A stretch of DNA of 64,000 nucleotides from an uncultured Verrucomicrobiae bacterium (GTDB lineage: Bacteria > Verrucomicrobiota > Verrucomicrobiia > Limisphaerales > J093): contig CALFAV010000020.1 of NCBI GenBank assembly GCA_937946835.1, forward strand, positions 907-64,906. The letters run 5' to 3'. This document shows, piece by piece, positions 45,828 through 54,679 of this stretch (position 1 is its first letter; every line of letters begins with the position of its first letter). Under the pieces are notes generated by a model. It saw only the letters and a program-made list of their open reading frames with translations, had not been told where the DNA came from and ran no database searches. A program made the position numbers and the translations under genes.

Positions 45828-47288
45828 ATGGACAAGCTGCTGCTCATAGATGACGAGCGGGACATGCACTACTCGTTCCGGCGCATTTTTGACTCGCCGG
45901 ACCTGGAGCTGATCCCCGCCGCCAGTGGGGAGGAGGGCTTGCGCCTCATTGCCGAGCGCCGGCCCGACCTGGTGCTGCTGGACATTCGCCTGGGGGGCAT
46001 CAACGGTTTGGAAACCCTCCGCCGCATCCGACACCTGGACGCCCGCCTGCCGGTCATCCTCATGACGGCGTACGGCACCACCCAGACGGCCATCGAGGCC
46101 ATGAAACTGGGGGCCTACGATTACCTGCTCAAGCCCTTCGACGTGCCGCGGCTCAAGCACATCGTGGGCGAGGCGCTCCGGGCCGCGCGCGCCATGCGCC
46201 AGATAGTGTCCTACCAGCCGCTGCTCGAGCAGGAGGATTACGAACTGGGCATCATCGGACGCAGCCCGGCCATGCAGGAGGTTTTCAAGTTGATCGGCCA
46301 ACTGGCGGCTTCCGACGCCACGGCGCTGATCACGGGGGAAAGCGGCACGGGCAAGGAACTGGTGGCCCGCGCCATTTATCACCACAGCCGCCGCAGCCGC
46401 CAACCGTTCCTGGCCGTCAACTGCGCGGCCATCCCGGAGCAACTGCTCGAGAGCGAACTTTTCGGTCATGAAAAGGGCGCCTTCACCGGCGCCACTCACC
46501 AGCGCATCGGCCGCTTCGAGCAATGCCACGGCGGCACCATTTTCTTGGACGAGATCGGCGACATGAGCCCGGCCACGCAGACCAAGATTCTGCGGGTCCT
46601 GCAGGAGGGCACCTTCGAGCGTGTGGGCGGCAACGCCACAGTGCGGGTGGACGTGCGGGTGATCGCCGCCACCAACCAGGACCTCGAGCGTGCCGTGGCC
46701 GAGAAACGCTTCCGCGAGGACCTGTTCTACCGCCTTAACGTCGTGCGCGTGCGCCTGCCGCCGCTGCGGGAGCGGCCGGGCGACATCCCCCTGCTGGCGG
46801 ACTACTTCCTGCGTCGCGGCGCACAAAAGTTCGGTCGCCCCCCCGGGCTGCTCTCCGCCGAGGCGTTGGCCCTGCTCGAACGCCACTCCTGGCCCGGCAA
46901 CGTGCGCGAACTTGAGAACGCCCTTCAGCACGCCCTGGTTGTCGCCAAGGGCGAAACCATCTTGCCGGCCGACCTGCCGGCCAGCGTGCGGGCGCCTCTG
47001 CCAGCGGCTGCCCCGGAGCAGACCGAGGTTTCGCCGCCCGCGATTTCCCGCGCTTCCGCCGGAGACGACTCGGAAGTGACCGACCTGGCGACCCGCCTTT
47101 TCGCCTGGGCCAGGAGCCACCCGCAACGCAAGGTGATCGAAGCCGTCGAGCGCGCTTTGGTTGTCCAGGCATTGAAAGAAACCCGCGGCAACCAGGTCCG
47201 AGCCGCGCAATTGCTGGGCATGACCCGCGCCACGCTCCGCAAGCGGATCGAACGTTTCGGCATCCGCCGGGAATTCGACGTGCGCTGA
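45828..47288 (+). CDS. NtrC-family sigma54-dependent response regulator (REC-AAA+-Fis HTH)
   Basis: Receiver domain DD/D/K, GESGTGKE, GAFTGA, FLDEIG, WPGNVREL, C-terminal HTH. Confidence 0.95.
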   Translation: MDKLLLIDDERDMHYSFRRIFDSPDLELIPAASGEEGLRLIAERRPDLVLLDIRLGGINGLETLRRIRHLDARLPVILMTAYGTTQTAIEAMKLGAYDYLLKPFDVPRLKHIVGEALRAARAMRQIVSYQPLLEQEDYELGIIGRSPAMQEVFKLIGQLAASDATALITGESGTGKELVARAIYHHSRRSRQPFLAVNCAAIPEQLLESELFGHEKGAFTGATHQRIGRFEQCHGGTIFLDEIGDMSPATQTKILRVLQEGTFERVGGNATVRVDVRVIAATNQDLERAVAEKRFREDLFYRLNVVRVRLPPLRERPGDIPLLADYFLRRGAQKFGRPPGLLSAEALALLERHSWPGNVRELENALQHALVVAKGETILPADLPASVRAPLPAAAPEQTEVSPPAISRASAGDDSEVTDLATRLFAWARSHPQRKVIEAVERALVVQALKETRGNQVRAAQLLGMTRATLRKRIERFGIRREFDVR

Positions 47289-47732
47289 ACGCCTGCGGCG
47301 GAGTGCCCGGCGCGGCGCCACCCGGCCGGCTTCGTCGGGTCTTCCCGCGGCCGCCCCTTGGAGCATCCGACGCGCTCTGACCGCCTCCCCGGCGGCCGTG
47401 TCACGCTGCCTTTAGCCGGTATTTTCCGAGAGGGTTTCCAACCCCGGTTCACGGGGTTATTTGACAACAGGCGGAACAGCCCGTCCAAATCTTGGCCGGG
47501 TCTGCGATTAGCAAATCCCAAATCCATCGGCGGCAACCCCGATTCGTTCGCGTCCCAGGTTGCTGTCGAAAACGGCGTGGGCGGGCGGCGATTGCGAATG
47601 AAATTCACGGCACAACCCTTTGGTCCACAAAAGGATGTTCCAACGAACGGTACGGCTCCAAATGGCGGGAGAGCTCGACTGTCCCGTCGCGTCAGCCCCA
47701 CCTGCGTCGCGGCTTTGAAATCCCACCTCGGG

Positions 47733-47749
47733 CAGGCATACCGGTTGCT
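47733..47749 (+). promoter_or_regulatory. sigma54 (-24/-12) promoter
   Basis: CAGGCATA-CCGG-TTGCT, with GG at 47735-36 and GC at 47747-48 exactly 10 nt apart. Confidence 0.65.
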
Positions 47750-47759
47750 TGAGGAGCGG

Positions 47760-47923
47760 GCGTTACTTTGCGCCCAAGGGCTGCTGCCGGCACGGGGGCC
47801 GGTGGCTGGGCGCGTGGAGTAACCAAGTCGGCTGAGTTTGCCGGCGCCATGCCGGCGGGGAACAGGGTTGCCGTGCTTGAAGGGTCGGTCTGCCGCCCGC
47901 TCCAACGGGCGGCAGACTTTTTT
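47760..47923 (+). ncRNA. candidate sigma54-dependent small RNA 2
   Basis: Two long hairpins followed by a terminator, beginning at the predicted +1 of the sigma54 promoter. Confidence 0.55.
47888..47923 (+). terminator. intrinsic terminator
   Basis: GTCTGCCGCCCG-CTCCAA-CGGGCGGCAGAC-TTTTTT. Confidence 0.88.
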
Positions 47924-48178
47924 AGGGCTTCGGCCCCGCGTGCTCGCTGGCGAGTCCCCGAAAGCTTTCCCCTTTCAGGGCAGAACCCATTTTTGCCGCC
48001 GGCATCTCATCGCGGGGCCGGTGCCGAGCGGCAAGCACCGGTCCGGGGCATGACCTCATTCGTCACTTGACGCCTCGGTCCTGTTCCCGGCCGGCTTTCC
48101 CCGCAGCGCCCTTGCCGCGCGCCGGAGCGAGCGATTCTCGATTTGAAGCCCCCCGCGCCTCCGGGTCTAATCCCGCCG

Positions 48179-49462
48179 ATGACCATCGCCGCGATCGCCG
48201 CCTGGCAAATCTTCGACTCGCGCGGCCACCCGACCGTCGAGGCCGAGGTCACGCTGACCAACGGTGCCCGGGGCCGCGGCGTGGCGCCCTCCGGCGCATC
48301 CACCGGGCAATTCGAGGCCCTCGAGTTGCGCGACGGCGCCCCGCATCGTTTCCGGGGCCGCTCGGTCTTCCGCGCCATTGCCCACATCGAGGGGGAAATC
48401 GCCCGGGCCTTGCGGGGCCGCGACGCCGCGGATCAGGCGGCGATTGACCGGACCCTGATCGAACTGGACGGCACGCCGAACAAAAGCCGCCTTGGGGCCA
48501 ACGCCCTGCTGCCGGTTTCGATGGCCGTGGCCCGCGCCGCCGCGGCCGCCCGCGGGGTGCCGCTGCACGTCCACCTGGGCGGTGGCGAGGGAACGCTCCT
48601 GCCCGTGCCCGAGATTCAAATCATCGGCGGCGGCGCGCACGCGCACTGGCGCACCGACGTGCAGGACTACCTGCTCATCGCGGTCGGCGCCCGCAGCTAC
48701 GCCGAAACGCTTGAGATCACGCACAACGTCTTTCACACCGCCGGCGACCTGCTCCGCGCGCGCGGCGGCAGCGCTGGCGTGGCCGACGAGGGCGGTTACT
48801 GGCCGGACTTTGACGACAACGAAGCGCCGCTGGCCCTGTTGGTGGAGGCCATCGAACGCGCCGGCTACACCCCCGGCCGCGAGGCCGCCCTGGCCCTGGA
48901 CGTGGCCGCCAGCGAATGGTTCGACGCGGCGACGGGCCGGTACCGCCTTCGGCTGGAGCAACGCACACTGACCTCGGATGAACTGGTTGCCCGCCTGGCC
49001 GACTGGTGCGCCCGTTACCCGATCGTTTCGATCGAGGACCCCCTGGCCGACACGGATTGGGACGGTTGGCGAAAAATCACCGCCGCGCTCGGCGGCCGCG
49101 TGCAACTGGTCGGCGACGACCTCTTCACCACCCGGGTCGAGCGCATCTGGTTCGGCCACCAACAGGGTGCAGCCAACGCCGTGCTGATCAAACCCAATCA
49201 GGTCGGCACCGTCACCGAAACGATCGAGGCCATCCGTTTCACCCGGCAGTTGGGCTGGCAGCCGATTGTCTCGGCCCGCTCGGGAGAAACCGAGGACACC
49301 TTCATCGCCCACCTGGCCGTGGCCACCAACGCCGGCCAGCTCAAGGTCGGCGCATTCGCCCGCGGCGAACGCACCGCCAAGTGGAACGAGGTGCTGCGCA
49401 TCGCGCGGGAGCTGGGCGCGCGCGCGCGCTTCAGCGGCTTTCAACCGCCCCGCGCTGTTTGA
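48179..49462 (+). CDS. eno: enolase-family protein (divergent paralog)
   Basis: DSRGHPTVE, PSGASTG, DEGG, SIEDP, VGDDL, IKPNQ; variant motifs QDY and SARSG. Confidence 0.85.
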   Translation: MTIAAIAAWQIFDSRGHPTVEAEVTLTNGARGRGVAPSGASTGQFEALELRDGAPHRFRGRSVFRAIAHIEGEIARALRGRDAADQAAIDRTLIELDGTPNKSRLGANALLPVSMAVARAAAAARGVPLHVHLGGGEGTLLPVPEIQIIGGGAHAHWRTDVQDYLLIAVGARSYAETLEITHNVFHTAGDLLRARGGSAGVADEGGYWPDFDDNEAPLALLVEAIERAGYTPGREAALALDVAASEWFDAATGRYRLRLEQRTLTSDELVARLADWCARYPIVSIEDPLADTDWDGWRKITAALGGRVQLVGDDLFTTRVERIWFGHQQGAANAVLIKPNQVGTVTETIEAIRFTRQLGWQPIVSARSGETEDTFIAHLAVATNAGQLKVGAFARGERTAKWNEVLRIARELGARARFSGFQPPRAV

Positions 49463-49486
49463 GCCGCCAGGCGTCGGCCCGTTCTG

Positions 49487-49951
49487 GTGTTGTTGTTCGC
49501 CGCCGTGGCGGTCCCCGACTTGACACGCGGCGGGTCGGTCCCGGCTGGGATCCCTGCGGCCCCCAACCTGCGCCTGGCCTCGTTGCCCCCGCGGCGGGGA
49601 GACGCCCGCGTCGGCTTTACCCTGCTGGTCCCGGCGCAGACCGGCGTCACCTTCACCAATCTCCTCCACGGCGACCTCTCCCTGACCAACGCCGTGGCCC
49701 ACAACGGCTCGGGCGTGGCCATCGGCAACGTGGACGGCGACGGTGACCTGGACCTGTTCGCGGGTGGGCGATTTATTCCGGGTCGTTACCCCGAACCGGC
49801 GCCCTCCGCGTTGTGGTTGGCCGGGCCGGAGGGTTGGCAGCTCAGCGAGTCGGGCAACGGACCACTGCGCGAACCGGGGGTGCCCTCAAACTGCATTTAC
49901 TTTGTCGGCCTTCGCGTGGCGCTGGGACCGGTGTTATCCAAAGGACGCTGA
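49487..49951 (+). pseudogene. collapsed fragment of an FG-GAP/VCBS-repeat (ASPIC/UnbV-type) protein
   Basis: TGVTFTN...NGSGVAIGNVDGDG is fused directly to DLDLFAGGRFIPGRYPEP, and the sequence after about 49880 is unrelated. Confidence 0.6.
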
Positions 49952-50090
49952 GTCTGCCGCCGGACGGAACGAGGCAGCGCGCGCGGGCAGATCTTTTTTC
50001 CCGTGCCGCCAGAAAACACGGCATCGTACGACACGGCGGCGACCCGCTTGCTTGCGGTAGCTGCCGGCCTCTGGCCCGGCGGGAGCTGGT

Positions 50091-50347
50091 GTAGCGCAGA
50101 TTGCCAATCTGCCGTATCGCCGGCTGGCAGCCGGCGGCGCGTGGTGCAGGCTCCCTCCACACCCGGGCCGCGACGCAGCGCGGCCCTACCCGAGGAAGCG
50201 CCAGCGAGCGGGCGCACTCCACAGGCTGGCGCCCCGGAGCGGCGTCCCTGCCCACGCCGGGCGTTGGGGAGAGCGGACCCTCCCCGGTCACGAAAGTAGC
50301 GGCGGGCGTCCCGCCTGCCGTAAAGCCAGGCCACCCGGCCGGCTGGC
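50091..50347. repeat. mosaic of REP-like palindromic elements (GTAG/GGAG-led)
   Basis: GTAG-C-GCAGATT/AATCTGC + GCCGGCT/AGCCGGC; GGGCCGCG/CGCGGCCC-TAC (GTAG on minus strand); GTAG-CGGCGGGCG/CGCCTGCCG; further degenerate units. Confidence 0.7.
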
Positions 50348-50842
50348 TGACGCTGGGCGTCAACAGCGACGACGGATTCCAGATGCAGGCCGGCTACATC
50401 AACGTGCCGGCCGTGGGCGTGCTGCTGGGCGAGTTCGACGGCGGCCGCGAGGCCAGCGACACCGCTTTTCGCGTGTTCGTTCAGGACGCCGGCATCTACC
50501 CCCTGCGCGTCATCTGGCAGGAGGGGCGCCGGCGGGGCGAACATCGAACTGTTCAGCGTGAAGGCCGACGGCACCAAGGTGCTGCTCAACGACACCGACA
50601 ACGGCGGCCTGCGCACCTACCGTAGTGGCGGGGCGCCGAACAAACCCACCGAGCCGCTCCGGTTCACCGGCATTCAGAAGAACGCCAACGGCACCCTCAC
50701 GGTGCACTGGACCGGCGGCGGCACGCGGCAAAGCGCCCCGGCCGTCACCGGCCCGAGGCAAGACGTGACCGGCGCCGCGTCACCGTACACGCTGACACCA
50801 CTCGCCGCCGAAGCGCAGCGCTTCCTGCGCCTGCGTCAGTAA
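50335..50842 (+). pseudogene. 3' remnant of a secreted protein (PA14-like domain plus short C-terminal beta tail), frameshifted
   Basis: LTLGVNSDDGF...GIYPLRVIWQEG, +1 shift in the G run 50523-50526, then AGGANIELFSVKADG...QRFLRLRQ*. No start codon or signal peptide. Confidence 0.7.
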
Positions 50843-50875
50843 CCCCGGGACCGCGCCTCGGTCAGGGTCTCGAGG

Positions 50876-50903
50876 GGGCCGGGTACCCGCCCGGCCCTTT
50901 TTT
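50876..50903 (+). terminator. intrinsic terminator
   Basis: GGGCCGGG-TACCCG-CCCGGCCC-TTTTTT. Confidence 0.8.
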
Positions 50904-51038
50904 GTGCCGGCCGCAGCCGGTTCGTCCGGGCCGGTCGCCCCCACCCGGTCATGGGACCTGCCGGACATCCGGCCTCCCGCCGGTCTGCCCGTTTCCCGCT
51001 TGGCCGGATTTCCGAAGCGGCCCAGACTGACTGTCGCG

Positions 51039-52781
51039 ATGGTGTTGTTGCCGGTCATTGAGCGGGAACTGCGCGTGGCCGCCCGGCGGGGCAAGACCTA
51101 CTGGCTCCGCATCGCGGCCGCGTTGGTGGCGGCCGTGGTGTGTGGCTGGGTGGTGTGGTGGGCGGAGACGCCGCAGCCGAACGTCCAGTTGGGGCGCACG
51201 CTCTTCACGTATCTGAGCGTGCTGGCGTTTGCCTTCGGGCTGCTGGTCGGGCCGTTCATCACGGCCGATTGCCTCAGTGAGGAGAAACGGGACGGCACGC
51301 TGGGGCTGCTGTTTCTGACGGACCTGAGCAGTCTGCACGTGGTGTTGGGCAAATGGATCGCCACGTCGCTGGCCGGGTTGTACGGGCTGCTGGCCATTTT
51401 GCCGGCGCTGGGGCTGCCGCTGCTGTTTGGCGGGGTGACCCCCGGCGAGTACGGCCGCACGGCGCTGGGGGTGACCAACGCCATCTTTTTTTCCCTGGCC
51501 GGCGGGATGTTCGTCTCGGTGCTGAGCCGGGAGCAGACCAAGGCCACGCTGGGCGCGGTGGCGCTGGTGCTGGGGATCACGGGTTTGGTGCCGGGCTTGT
51601 ATGTCTTCCTGAGCGCGGTGTTTTGGGGCCGGCCGTTGACGGGCACGCCCCCGCTGGCGCTGCTCAGTCCCGCCTACACCGGGGTGTTGGCCCAGGATGC
51701 CGCGTACCGGGCCGCGCCGCACCTGTTTTGGACTTCCTTCGGCCTGGTGCAGGGGCTGGCCTGGGTTTTTTTGGTGGGTACGGCGTTGCTGGTGCCGCGG
51801 GTCTGGCGGGAGGACCCGGGCGAAAAACCGGTGGCGCGTCGCTGGTTGTACCGGCTGGGGTACACGCGCGGTTGGCGTCGGGCTTTTCAGCGGCGGCTGG
51901 AGCGCAATCCGGTGTTGGCCGTGGCGGCCCGCCGCCGCTGGCCGCACTGGGTGTTTTGGACGCTGGTGGGGTTGGTGGCGGTGAACGTGTACTGGATTGC
52001 GATCGGCTCGCGCCGGGTGCCGGGGGCCTCCCAGTTTCACTCGAACTTCGCCCACGCGCTGATCTTCACCAACCGGGTCTGGATCACGGTGATGGCGTGC
52101 CACTTTTTCCTCGAGGCCCGGCGGACCGGGGCGCTGGAATTGTTGCTCACCACGCCGCTGCCGGTGCGCACCCTGTTGCGCGGGCATTGGCGGGCGCTGG
52201 TGGGGTACTTTGCCGGACCGATCCTCGTCATTGGCCTGTTGCACGTGGGCTATGTGTGGGGCAACTGGATGCAGGTCAGCGGCCGCCCGGGGGTGATGGC
52301 GGGGGCGTCGCTGCTGCCCTTTTACGTGGCCGCCGCCGCGAGCAGCTACGTGAACTTCCTGACCGACGTGCTGGCGTTGTGCGCGGTGGGCGGCTGGCTG
52401 AGCCTGTCGCTGCGCAAGCCCGCCCTGGCCCTGCTGCTGACCTTCGGCCTGGTCATTCTGCTGCCCTGGGTGGTGGGCTACTACCTGCCGGCCGGCGCCA
52501 CGCTGGGCGGCGGGCGCTTCACCCGGTGGTTGCTGAGTCTGCCCTGGGTCCAACAGCTTGTGCCCGGCGGGTTGCTGGGATTCTCGCTGGACCGCACCGC
52601 GGCCTGGGTGGGGAAAAACCTGGTGTTCATCCTCTGGGCGTTGCCGCGGCTGCGCCGACATTTTCGGGCCGCCGCCGCCCTGCCCGGATACTGGCGCAGT
52701 GAGGGCAAGGCCGGGCGACCCCCGGCAACCCTTGGCCCGGTGGTGGCCCCGGCGGTGGGCCCCTCACCGGCCGGGGGCTGA
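51039..52781 (+). CDS. ABC-2-type permease with two internally duplicated halves
   Basis: MVLLPVIERELR start, EEKRDGTLGLLFLTDL and EARRTGALELLLTTPL repeats, many TM helices. Confidence 0.8.
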   Translation: MVLLPVIERELRVAARRGKTYWLRIAAALVAAVVCGWVVWWAETPQPNVQLGRTLFTYLSVLAFAFGLLVGPFITADCLSEEKRDGTLGLLFLTDLSSLHVVLGKWIATSLAGLYGLLAILPALGLPLLFGGVTPGEYGRTALGVTNAIFFSLAGGMFVSVLSREQTKATLGAVALVLGITGLVPGLYVFLSAVFWGRPLTGTPPLALLSPAYTGVLAQDAAYRAAPHLFWTSFGLVQGLAWVFLVGTALLVPRVWREDPGEKPVARRWLYRLGYTRGWRRAFQRRLERNPVLAVAARRRWPHWVFWTLVGLVAVNVYWIAIGSRRVPGASQFHSNFAHALIFTNRVWITVMACHFFLEARRTGALELLLTTPLPVRTLLRGHWRALVGYFAGPILVIGLLHVGYVWGNWMQVSGRPGVMAGASLLPFYVAAAASSYVNFLTDVLALCAVGGWLSLSLRKPALALLLTFGLVILLPWVVGYYLPAGATLGGGRFTRWLLSLPWVQQLVPGGLLGFSLDRTAAWVGKNLVFILWALPRLRRHFRAAAALPGYWRSEGKAGRPPATLGPVVAPAVGPSPAGG

Positions 52782-52840
52782 GGCGGCGGGGCCACCCGGC
52801 TTCGGGCGAGCACCGGCGGTCTTTCCCCCGCCCGGTGCGC

Positions 52841-53713
52841 TCAGGAACTGGCGCTGGTGTAGCGCCGAACGGAAAGACGCCAGACCAGGCCGGAGATTCC
52901 AAGGACGGCGCCGGCCAGGGAGAGCAGCAGCAGCATTTCCCACGGCGAGGAGAGTTTTTCGGCCAGCAGCTTGGCGGGCACGTTTGCCACCAGGAGCATC
53001 GGCAGCACCCAGGTGAACACCACTTTGAACGGGCCGGAAGGAAACGCGGCGTCGGGCACGCGCGCGACGTTGAACAGGTTGTAGTAGCCCCACACCAGGC
53101 CCTGCGCCTGCACGGTCCAGAAGCTGACCGTGGCGAGCATGAACATGAGCGCGTAATGGATCAGCACGCCCGCGACGCACAACAGGCCAAAGCCCGCCAG
53201 TTGCAGCGCGTCCGGTCGCAGCCCCAGGCGCGCCGCGGCGTAGCCCATGACGACAAGGGCCGAGGCGGCGTTGACAAACGCGCCCCAATCCAGTTGGCGC
53301 AGGGAGATCAGAAAGCGCGGGTTTACCGGCAAGAGGAGAAAAAAGTCCAGCCGGCCTGTGCGCACGTGGTCGGAGAGCTGCACGCAGTTGGTCAGGAAAA
53401 CCGCGGTGAAGAGCTGCTGGATGAACTGGCTGGCGCCCACCAGCAGGACCACTTCCCAGCGCGACCAGGTGGCGATGCTCTCGGTGTGTTGGTAAATCAC
53501 CGCCACGAAGGCCAGTTGCAGTGCGAACCACAGCAGTTCGACCCCGATCCAGAGCAGGAAGTTGGTCTTGAAGCTCATCTCCCGCACCAGCGAGTTGCGG
53601 CACAACACCGCGTACACGCCCGCGTGGTGCCGGAGCCGATGCCAGACCCCGGCCTTCCGACTCGCGCGGGGGGCGGGGTCGGGATCGGCGGGCGAAGGCG
53701 AAGGGGGGGTCAT
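52841..53713 (-). CDS. ABC-2 family permease
   Basis: VRTGRLDFFLLLPV motif, 6 TM segments. Confidence 0.85.
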   Translation of the reverse strand: MTPPSPSPADPDPAPRASRKAGVWHRLRHHAGVYAVLCRNSLVREMSFKTNFLLWIGVELLWFALQLAFVAVIYQHTESIATWSRWEVVLLVGASQFIQQLFTAVFLTNCVQLSDHVRTGRLDFFLLLPVNPRFLISLRQLDWGAFVNAASALVVMGYAAARLGLRPDALQLAGFGLLCVAGVLIHYALMFMLATVSFWTVQAQGLVWGYYNLFNVARVPDAAFPSGPFKVVFTWVLPMLLVANVPAKLLAEKLSSPWEMLLLLSLAGAVLGISGLVWRLSVRRYTSASS

Positions 53714-53720
53714 GCTCGTT

Positions 53721-54527
53721 TCAACCGCCGGCGGCCGAGTAATGTTTGATGCCGCGGACCCAGACCCCGCGGGCCAGGCCGTACACCAGGGCCACCCACG
53801 CGGCCTGGATGGCCAGCCCCTGCACCAGCGCGGCTCCCTGAATGCGGCCCAGGTAAATCCCCACCGGAAAGTAAAGCTGGTAGGGGAACGGGGTGAATTG
53901 CAGCACCGCCAACAATCCCGGCGGCAGGATGTCCAGCGGGAACAGGTGTCCGCCGGCGATGTATTCAAACGCAAAGAGGATGAAGATGAAGGTCGAGATT
54001 TCCAGTAGCCAGAACGCCAGCAGCGCCATCGTGTACGAGATCAGGAACTGCAACAGGGCGGTCAACACGACCGACACCCCGAACGCGGCCAGGGCAACTC
54101 CATCCGGCGGTGGGGCCAGGTGCCGGTGTTGCCAGACCATAAACACGCCCACCGGGAGCAACGCCGCCGCCGTGTACACCACCCGCCCGGCGGCAAACAG
54201 GCTCAAGCGGTAGGTCAGGTAGTCCATGGGCTTGAGCAGAAACTGGCTGATGCGGCCCTCACGGATGTCAGCCGCGATCTGCCAGTCGTCCTCGGTCACG
54301 CCGGTCAGCGCGTCCACCACCGTCATCACCAGGTAGTAGGCGATCATTCCGGAAAGGGTGTACCCCGCGACCTCCGGCCGCTCCGGGTTGCTGGCGTAAA
54401 TGGCCCGCCACAGGTACAGCGTGGCCAGCAACGGCACCAGGCCGAACGTGGCGCGGAACAGGAAATTCGCCCGGTACGCCAGCGCGTTCTGCACGCCGAT
54501 GCGAAACACCTGAAGGTACTTGGTCAT
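53721..54527 (-). CDS. ABC-2 family permease
   Basis: AYRANF, DIREGRISQFLLKP, GGHLFPLDILP, C-terminal AAGG. Confidence 0.85.
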   Translation of the reverse strand: MTKYLQVFRIGVQNALAYRANFLFRATFGLVPLLATLYLWRAIYASNPERPEVAGYTLSGMIAYYLVMTVVDALTGVTEDDWQIAADIREGRISQFLLKPMDYLTYRLSLFAAGRVVYTAAALLPVGVFMVWQHRHLAPPPDGVALAAFGVSVVLTALLQFLISYTMALLAFWLLEISTFIFILFAFEYIAGGHLFPLDILPPGLLAVLQFTPFPYQLYFPVGIYLGRIQGAALVQGLAIQAAWVALVYGLARGVWVRGIKHYSAAGG

Positions 54528-54640
54528 GGACCGGCCCCGGGGCGGCCCCCGGTCTGCGGCACCCATTGTGGCGCAGGCCGCGTTGACACGCCAGCGGCGC
54601 GCGCCGCCCCGGGCGGGGACCGGCAGCGCAGGTCCGTCGC

Positions 54641-54676
54641 TTGACGCGCCGAACGAGCTTACCTACCGTCCGGTAG
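54641..54676 (+). promoter_or_regulatory. sigma70 promoter with overlapping TetR-type operator
   Basis: TTGACG(54641)-17 nt-TACCGT(54664); dyad CTACCG-TC-CGGTAG at 54663-54676 covers the -10 box. Confidence 0.65.
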
Positions 54677-54679
54677 CAC

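Noticed and set aside
47608-47623. CGGCACAACCCTTTGG as a second sigma54 promoter
   Set aside because: No GC at the -12 position.
47358-47822. ORF of 154 aa (or 74 aa from ATG 47598) in the regulator-enolase gap
   Set aside because: Atypical codon usage, no RBS or recognisable motif, and it overlaps the sigma54 promoter and RNA hairpin. Not fully excluded.
50091-50347. CRISPR array interpretation of the palindromic cluster
   Set aside because: The units differ in sequence and orientation, there is no constant repeat-spacer period, and no cas genes are present.
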